Positions 62,431-64,000 of a DNA stretch of 64,000 nucleotides are shown in pieces. The position numbers and the translations under genes are program-made. How positions within the stretch are numbered: position 1 is the stretch's first letter; each line of letters opens with the position of its first letter. The DNA is from Marsupella aquatica. Lineage: Eukaryota; Plantae; Marchantiophyta. Under the pieces are notes generated by a model. That model saw nothing but the letters and a program-made list of their open reading frames with translations, was not told where the DNA came from and did not search any database. The stretch covers positions 14,934,699 to 14,998,698 of the forward strand of contig OZ316894.1 in NCBI GenBank assembly GCA_973895155.1, in the 5' to 3' direction.

Positions 62431-64000
62431 TGTGACACCGCCGGTATGGCGGTTAATGAGTGATTCGGTCTAACTGCGCTCGGCACGCGCGTTAGGAGTA
62501 TCTTAGACCGCTATTATTAGCATAACGACAGTATTTAGGTGATCATTATGGGTAGGATATCATTAGGTAATAAGGGGGAATTCAGGTTCGGACTGGCGGC
62601 TGGTCGCTATTCGCACACCCGGGTTACGAGCGTGGAGGGGCCCCTCCCCCGGGTCCGTATAACGAACTTAAGGAAGCGGCCACTGACACGCGCTGACTCA
62701 GACCGGCGGAGTGGCCGGCACACCACAAGCGTGAGCGGTTCAGCCTATGGGTGTCGAGGAGACGTCGGGGGATCAACAAGCCCTCAAGGTATAAAAGGGG
62801 AGCCAACCCTTTGTAGTGCACCAGTCCATCAGTCCACGCGCCAGCTTCGACCCCAGCTCTCTCGTTTGCTCTAAGTCGCCACTACTATCTCCTCTGAATG
62901 TCGCACACGATCCTCTCCAGCTTGGCCATTCGATTCTGGATGCAGTTCCTATCTACCGGAAGGCACTTGGCCGACTCATTGAAACACGCCAACCCGCGCT
63001 GATACGAAATCGAACGCGAGTACGAGAGAGCCATCCGCCTAGCAGGACGACACCACTACATCCTTAACTTTGACTACCCGTCTCAGAGCGAGCTTTACCA
63101 ACCTGCAGAGGTATCCGGGTACTTCTTCAACGAAGACAAATATATCGGGTTCTGGGAAGCATTGCTTCGGCTTCCGGATGAGGTCTTCAATATCCCAGGT
63201 ACAATCGACTTGCAGCAACATCACTTCGACCACATCCCTGCTCAGGTTTGGGCTATCATCAACAGCGAGTCCAGCACTATCCGTTCGACAAGGTCGTCTG
63301 CACTCGCTTCGGAGAACTTCTACCAGCACCTACAGAGTTTCATAGGAACTCGGCCAACAACCAACATGACCAACTCAGTCGTACCCGTACCCGTACCCAT
63401 ACAACCTCAAGCTCAGCTTCAGCTTCAGCCTCAGCCGCAGCCTAGCCAAACCCCACCACCGATCGCCCAGCCAGCACAAGTACGCTCCGTCATCAATGCT
63501 GTGGATATTAGCGATGACGACGAGGCTACCCTACCCTTGACCAGGCGGCCAAGAGGAGCAAGCGCTCAGGGGGCCGACACTATATCGTCCCCACCCCCTG
63601 CTCTGACCCCAGGAGCGGCCCCAACAGACAACATGGTGACCGTGGCCGACCCGGGCCCGTTACTAACGGCAGTGGCACTACCCAGGCCCGATCGGGAGTT
63701 TGGGGAGGTGTCACCTTCCCCGAGCCAGTCACGGGGGAAGAAGAGGAAGGAATCCGCCACTGCATCCGGGTTACCGTTGGCCACGGTAGCCGTGGCCAAG
63801 GTGACGATGCACCGCATGGGGGAAAACGTTCACAAAAACATCCTCCATCCCAAGCATGCGGTGTACTTGAAGACTCAGGGATTCGAGCACCTCGCCTCCC
63901 TCCCCTCGAACACTTGCAGGTACTACAGGGAGGACATGACGGAGTTCGTCAGGAATTATGACGACGCGCGTCAACATACTCGGCTGCGGGGAAGGAGTAT
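62431..64000 (+). mobile_element. ORF-bearing long LTR, copy E (runs off the window)
   Basis: Starts TGTGACACCGCC and is collinear with the reverse complement of 22900-24459. Confidence 0.9.
62898..64000 (+). pseudogene. LTR-embedded accessory ORF (copy E), open to the window end except one TGA at 63000-63002
   Basis: MSHTILSSLAIRFWMQFLSTGRHLADSLKHANPR*YEIEREYERAIRLAGRHHYILNFDYPSQSELY...GKKRKE...MGENVHKNILHPKHAVYLKTQGFEHLASLP. Confidence 0.85.

Overview
Eukaryotic land-plant genomic DNA, probably from a non-seed plant (inference). One intact host gene is present: a 15-exon, 579-aa LRR protein resembling Arabidopsis At1g15740 (31050-37091, +). It lies among nested, mostly degenerate transposons: two Ty3/Gypsy pol remnants, a Bianca-like Ty1/Copia remnant, RTEX-like LINEs with (CATTAC)n tails (one block triplicated in tandem), an L1 remnant, two MITEs and two palindromic repeat arrays. 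The most unusual signal is a family of very long Gypsy LTRs, with five ORF-bearing copies here: D 3031-4750, A ~16444-25980, B 20479-24459, C 44357-49091 and E 62431 to the window end. Each carries a large ORF inside U3. The ORF reads variable N-terminus, basic NLS-like patch, PF20167/Athila-ORF1-like core, low-complexity (often Pro-rich) linker and coiled coil; in B and E it has its own TATA box. Copy B is a TSD-flanked solo LTR, so solo LTRs of this family leave a complete gene behind. All calls were made by eye, without database searches.
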